A stretch of 32,000 nt of DNA from an uncultured Chloroflexia bacterium (GTDB taxonomy: Bacteria > Chloroflexota > Anaerolineae > Anaerolineales > Anaerolineaceae): NCBI GenBank assembly GCA_963704755.1, contig OY969938.1, positions 450,001-482,000 of the forward strand. Reading direction: 5' to 3'. The notes below the pieces were generated by a model. It was given only the letters and a program-made list of their open reading frames with translations. It was not told the origin of the DNA and searched no databases. Position 1 is the stretch's first letter. The number at the start of each line of letters is the position of its first letter. The position numbers were made by a program, and so were the translations under genes. Positions 27,560 through 32,000 of the stretch are shown one piece after another.

Positions 27560-30500
27560 GTGCCTTCCTTAAACCCAACTTTGCGCAAGTCCCTCGAAAA
27601 CAAGATTCCCGCTGTCCGCCAGATTGCTGAGGAGGCAGCGCGGGCTGTTTTGAATACGCTGGCCATCAATCGACTGGAGCCTTTTCCAGGGATGACACCC
27701 GAACTGCGCAAGCTGCGCAATGCCCTTCGCGCCAAAGCCCGGCAGCTGGGCGAGGGCAGCCAGACCACCGGTTTCGAGCCGCTCGTGGAAGAGCTAGCCT
27801 ACCAGCAATGGCACCGCATGGTGTTTGCGCGCTTCCTGGCCGAAAATCAACTTTTAATGCACCCCACTGGCGTTTCGGTGACCTTGCAAGAATGTGGCGA
27901 GTTGGCACAGGAAGAGGGCGAAGTTGACGCCTGGGCAGTGGCGTCTAAATACGCAACCATAATGCTTCCAGGCATCTTTCGCCCGAATGACCCCGAAAGC
28001 CAGGTGCGCCTGACCCCGGAAGGTCAGCAGAAGCTTGAAATGGCCCTAAATGATATCGAACAGCCGGTCTTTCTGGCAGATGATGCGTTGGGCTGGATGT
28101 ACCAATTCTGGCAAAAGCTGAAGAAAGATGAAATTAACCGAAGCGAACGGAAGATTGGCGGCGCGGACCTCTCGCCAGTTACGCAATTATTCACCGAAGA
28201 TTACATGGTGTCCTTCCTTTTAGAAAACTCGCTGGGAGCCTGGTGGGCCACCCGCCATCCATCCAGCCCTTTGATCAAAGGCTGGAGATATCTCCGTTTT
28301 AATGATGACGGGAAGCCCGCAGCGGGCAGTTTTCCTGGTTGGCCTGAACTCGCCTCACAGGTGACGATGATGGATCCTTGCTTTGGCAGCGGACACATTC
28401 TGGTGGCGGGGTTCTACATGCTTGCATCAATGCGCATGGAAGAGCAAGGGTTAAATGCAGCCGAGTCTGGAGAGGCTGTACTACGTGATAACCTTTTTGG
28501 GTTAGAACTCGACCCGCGGTGCACCCAAATTGGCGCGTTTGCCTTGACTCTGGCAGCCTGGAAAAGCGGTGGTTACCGTATACTGCCTGTACCAAATCTG
28601 GCTTGCTCGGGCATCCCGGTGCAGGGTCAGCTAGAAACCTGGTTGGTATTGGCCGAGGAGGACACCCGCGTGCGCGCCGGGTTGGAACGCCTCTACAATC
28701 TTTTTAAGGATGCACCGACGCTAGGCAGTCTGATCAACCCGACTAATCTGCCAGCCGCTGATCGAATGTTTGTCGCCGACTACGAACAAATTTCGCCAGT
28801 ATTGGAACAAGCTCTAGACAAAGAACACAATCTCGACAATTCGATCTCCGAAATGTTTGGTGTTGTAGCAAATAGCGTGGGCAAAGCAGCAAAATTACTA
28901 TTGGGAAAATACACACTAACAATTACGAATGTGCCTTATTTAGCAAGAGGAAAACAAGATGAAGTTCTCCAAGATTTTTGCAAAGAATACCACCCATTAG
29001 CAAAGACAGATTTAGCCACCGTTTTTGTCGAAAGATGTCTTGATTTTTGTAATTTAATGGGAACGATTGCAGTTGTTACACCTCAGGGTTGGCTATATCA
29101 ACCCACATATAAAAAATTCCGGGAGTTCATGCTTTCAAATTCGTATTGGGACTTTGTAACCCCCTTAGGTGTTCGTGCCTTCGAAACTATTACCGGAGAA
29201 GTTGTCAATATCGTGTTACTGGTAATATCGTCGAACAAGCCAAAATCACAAAAAAAAATTGCTAGTCTTGATGCATCCTTTAATGATTCGCCTTCATCAA
29301 AAGCAAAATTTCTTGAGGAAGGAGAAGTTATCTGGATTTCCCAACAAAATCAATTACACAATCCCGATGCAAGGATTATTTTAGGCGACTCGTTGAAAGG
29401 TGAACTTCTTCAAAAAATAGCAGCATCTTATCAGGGAATAAAAACGGGTGATGACGGAAGATTCAAAAGAAATTTTTGGGAGTTATCATATTTAGGAGAG
29501 AATTGGCGTTTCTATCAGAGCACTATTAATCAGACAACATATTTTGGTGGAATGGAAAATGTTATAGATTGGCGGGAAAATGGGAAAAACTTGGCTCGGC
29601 TTCAAGGCTTAAAGGCATGGGGAAAACCAGGTATTGCAGTTAGTCAAATGACGGGTTTACCAGTTTCTCTATATACAGGTGAGATATTTGATAGTAATAT
29701 TTCTCCGATAATTCCTCACAAGCAAGAAATGTTAAAAGCACTTTGGGCCTTTTGCTCATCAAAAGAATATAAAGTTGCCGTTAAACAAATTGATAAATCA
29801 TTAAAAGTAACAAACTCAGCATTGATTCAGATCCCATTCGATATAGAACGTTGGCAAAAAGTCGCTAATGAGACTGCACCTATTCCATTGCCCTTTTCGA
29901 ATAATCCCACTCAATGGTTGTTCAATGGGCACCCCCGAAGCTCCACAGCACCACTTCATGTTGCGGTAGCACGGCTTTTGGGGTACCACTGGCCACAACA
30001 AGTAAGCGACTTGCTGGATGATCTCGCGGACGAGGACGGTATCGTCTGCTTGGTCCCTGTTGCTGGAGAACCTTTGCTAGCGGAACGCCTACGCAAAATT
30101 CTAGCAGCAGCCTACAGCAGCGAGTGGTCTCCACGTTTACAAGCAGAATTGCTTTCTACCGCTGGTATGGCGGGCAAATCATTAGAGGATTGGCTGCGGG
30201 ACGATTTCTTCGCCAACCACTGTCGATTATTCCAAAACCGGCCTTTCCTTTGGCAAATCTGGGATGGACGTATCGACGGTTTTTCTGCATTGGTGAATTA
30301 TCACAAGCTCAATGCAGCCCGCCTGGATAAACTAATTTATACATACTTGGGCGATTGGATTCGCTTCCAGCGCGCTCGACGCGATCACGGGGAGCCAGGC
30401 GCTGATGGACGGCTGGTTGCGGCGCTCGAATTGGAGAAAAAACTTAAGCTGATCAAAGATGGCGAACCGCCATACGACATTTATGTGCGTTGGAAGCCGC

Positions 30501-30718
30501 TGGCGCACCAGCCTATAGGCTGGGACCCGGACTTAAATGATGGAGTGCGACTGAATATCCGTCCCTTTGTTAACGCTGGGGTGCTGCGCAGCAAATTTAC
30601 GATCAACTGGAACCAAGATCGTGGTTCAGATCTAGATGGCAGCGAGCGATTGAATGATAAACATTTCAGTATCGCGGAAAAAATGGAAGCGCGGCGGATT
30701 TCTGGAACGCATAGATAA
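27560..30718 (+). CDS. pglX: PglX, the BREX N6-adenine DNA methyltransferase
   Basis: N-terminal AYQQWHRMVFARFLAENQLL, motif I MMDPCFGSGHIL, motif IV ITNVPYL, and C-terminal WDPDLNDGVRLNIRPF. The start is GTG. Confidence 0.9.
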   Translation: MPSLNPTLRKSLENKIPAVRQIAEEAARAVLNTLAINRLEPFPGMTPELRKLRNALRAKARQLGEGSQTTGFEPLVEELAYQQWHRMVFARFLAENQLLMHPTGVSVTLQECGELAQEEGEVDAWAVASKYATIMLPGIFRPNDPESQVRLTPEGQQKLEMALNDIEQPVFLADDALGWMYQFWQKLKKDEINRSERKIGGADLSPVTQLFTEDYMVSFLLENSLGAWWATRHPSSPLIKGWRYLRFNDDGKPAAGSFPGWPELASQVTMMDPCFGSGHILVAGFYMLASMRMEEQGLNAAESGEAVLRDNLFGLELDPRCTQIGAFALTLAAWKSGGYRILPVPNLACSGIPVQGQLETWLVLAEEDTRVRAGLERLYNLFKDAPTLGSLINPTNLPAADRMFVADYEQISPVLEQALDKEHNLDNSISEMFGVVANSVGKAAKLLLGKYTLTITNVPYLARGKQDEVLQDFCKEYHPLAKTDLATVFVERCLDFCNLMGTIAVVTPQGWLYQPTYKKFREFMLSNSYWDFVTPLGVRAFETITGEVVNIVLLVISSNKPKSQKKIASLDASFNDSPSSKAKFLEEGEVIWISQQNQLHNPDARIILGDSLKGELLQKIAASYQGIKTGDDGRFKRNFWELSYLGENWRFYQSTINQTTYFGGMENVIDWRENGKNLARLQGLKAWGKPGIAVSQMTGLPVSLYTGEIFDSNISPIIPHKQEMLKALWAFCSSKEYKVAVKQIDKSLKVTNSALIQIPFDIERWQKVANETAPIPLPFSNNPTQWLFNGHPRSSTAPLHVAVARLLGYHWPQQVSDLLDDLADEDGIVCLVPVAGEPLLAERLRKILAAAYSSEWSPRLQAELLSTAGMAGKSLEDWLRDDFFANHCRLFQNRPFLWQIWDGRIDGFSALVNYHKLNAARLDKLIYTYLGDWIRFQRARRDHGEPGADGRLVAALELEKKLKLIKDGEPPYDIYVRWKPLAHQPIGWDPDLNDGVRLNIRPFVNAGVLRSKFTINWNQDRGSDLDGSERLNDKHFSIAEKMEARRISGTHR

Positions 30719-30752
30719 GGAATTATGAAAAATGACGAATTAATCTTCACAG

Positions 30753-31244
30753 TTGAATCTGCCCATTCCTGAAGATATTAGCGATGAAGACGTTGATATC
30801 AGTGTGCCAGAAGAAAAGCGCAAAATTAATGCAATTCCTTCTGATCAGGAAATTCACTCAATAGTTCATAAATGGCAAAATGGCATTCTGATTCTTCAGC
30901 CGGATTTTCAACGTTATTATGTTTGGGATGAGAAAAAAGCCAGCCGTTTAATCGAATCAGCGCTCTTGTCAGTTCCTTTACCATTGATTTACCTTTCAGA
31001 AGACCCGAATGGTAACTTATCCGTAATTGACGGGCAGCAGCGTTTACACACGTTTATTTCATTTATTCACGGCAAGTATATCCATAACAACAAACCATTT
31101 GTTCTCAAAGACCTACGTGTTTTCAAGGAACTAAATGGACAGTCATTTAAAAATATCCCGGCGGTTTACCAGAATCGTTTGCGATATTTCACCCTCCGTG
31201 TAATTACCATTAAGCAGCGATTCGGATCCTCGCTTGAAGCATGA
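30753..31244 (+). CDS. DUF262 (ParB-like) domain protein, N-terminal part (GmrSD/BrxU-like)
   Basis: LQPDFQRYYVW...LIESALLSVPLPLIYL...IDGQQRLHTF. The listed start is TTG without a Shine-Dalgarno sequence. An ATG with AAGGA at 30725 lies in another frame. Confidence 0.75.
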   Translation: MNLPIPEDISDEDVDISVPEEKRKINAIPSDQEIHSIVHKWQNGILILQPDFQRYYVWDEKKASRLIESALLSVPLPLIYLSEDPNGNLSVIDGQQRLHTFISFIHGKYIHNNKPFVLKDLRVFKELNGQSFKNIPAVYQNRLRYFTLRVITIKQRFGSSLEA

Positions 31245-32000
31245 AATATTCGAACGGCTGAATACGGGCGCAGTTGCTTTGAACAATATGGAATTGCGCA
31301 ATTGTTTAAATCAAGGCCGAATTTTAACCCTTTTGAAAGAACTATCCGCATATCCTCCATTCAGAGAATTGTTAGGCCTGCAAGATGCCGATCCACGTAT
31401 GCGTGATGTTGAACTCGTTCTGCGTTTTTCCGCCTTTTATCATCATGGGTATACTGGCTATAGCAGCCCGATGAAAAAGTTTCTGAATGATGAGATGGAA
31501 ACTTATCAGAACATTACCGAACAGGATGCGGTTGCATTAAAGAAGAAATTCAAAATAACAGTGACGATAATCAAATCATTATTTGGAGAAAACGCATTCC
31601 ATCGGTATGTTGCCGGAAAAGTCGGTTCTATTGACGGTAACTGGGAGACAAAAACCTTTAACGCGGCACTTTATGACGTTTATATGAACGTTTTCAGTAA
31701 TAAAGATCGTAATCAGGTCCAAAAGTCGGCAGATTTAATCCGAGAATCGATAATCGACCTGATGTCAAACAATCAGGATTTCATTGATGCGATCCTTCTT
31801 GCCACCAGTAATACAGATCGAGTAAAAAAGCGCTTCTCTTTAATGTATCAACTGACCGATAATATCCTGGCAAAGAAACCAAAACAAGCGCGCCTGTTTT
31901 CTTATGAAATCAAAAAGCAATTATTTGATGCCAATCCTGTGTGCGAAATATGCAGTCAACAGATTTTTTCGATTGATGATGCTGCTGTAGATCACATTGA
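31204..32000 (+). CDS. Continuation of the DUF262 protein in the +1 frame, with a C-terminal HNH/His-Me finger. The 3' end is outside the window.
   Basis: My own translation gives KHEIFERLNTGAVALNNMELRNC..., the canonical DUF262 continuation. It ends with CEICSQQIFSIDDAAVDHI at the window edge. The frame is open from 31204. Confidence 0.75.

Noticed and set aside
1-32000. Search for CRISPR arrays, tRNA, tmRNA or rRNA genes and reverse transcriptase or retron elements.
   Set aside because: No regularly spaced direct repeats were seen. No GGTTCGAATCC-type T-arm sits in a cloverleaf context; the near-matches at about 1210 and 4931 lack acceptor and anticodon stems. No cas or RT motifs appear in any frame I read.

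Overview
All calls come from reading the sequence and recognising motifs; no homology search was run.

The window is a mosaic accessory or defence island. Most of it is AT-rich, at about 30-40% G+C in the 60-nt lines I hand-counted.

Contents from left to right:
1. The 3' part of a pentapeptide-repeat gene (1-722).
2. An orphan beta-class DNA methyltransferase fused to a Toprim/DUF4435-like C-terminal domain (1273-3042).
3. A 19-bp perfect hairpin (3370-3420), followed by a 2-TM protein (3477-4523).
4. A roughly 1400-aa gene with a Cap4/DUF4297-like nuclease N-terminus and a STAND P-loop NTPase (5354-9572). It is Avs/NLR-like and is split by a frame change at a T4A4 run.
5. A minus-strand Tn7-like transposition module, tnsA-tnsB-tnsC plus two full-length TnsD/TniQ paralogues (9786-18462).
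6. A block of small genes (18535-21293). It includes a Zn-ribbon protein, an HTH protein, and a convergent, overlapping pair of ribbon-helix-helix genes that share a repeated AATGATTAAT operator.
7. The 5' half of a type 1 BREX operon, brxA-brxB-brxC-[unknown 448-aa gene]-pglX (21417-30718), followed by a DUF262 + HNH (GmrSD/BrxU-like) gene that runs off the window.

Most notable observations:
- An uncharacterised AT-rich gene is wedged between brxC and pglX.
- pglX itself carries an AT-rich cassette of about 1.1 kb inside a GC-rich gene.
- The Tn7-like element has two TnsD-type target selectors, with defence-type genes on its cargo side.
- There are six clear split genes plus a possible seventh shift at the DUF262 start. 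Most of the junctions I could localise sit at short A/T runs, which suggests assembly indels or real decay.

I found no tRNA, rRNA or CRISPR array. I could not define the transposon ends.
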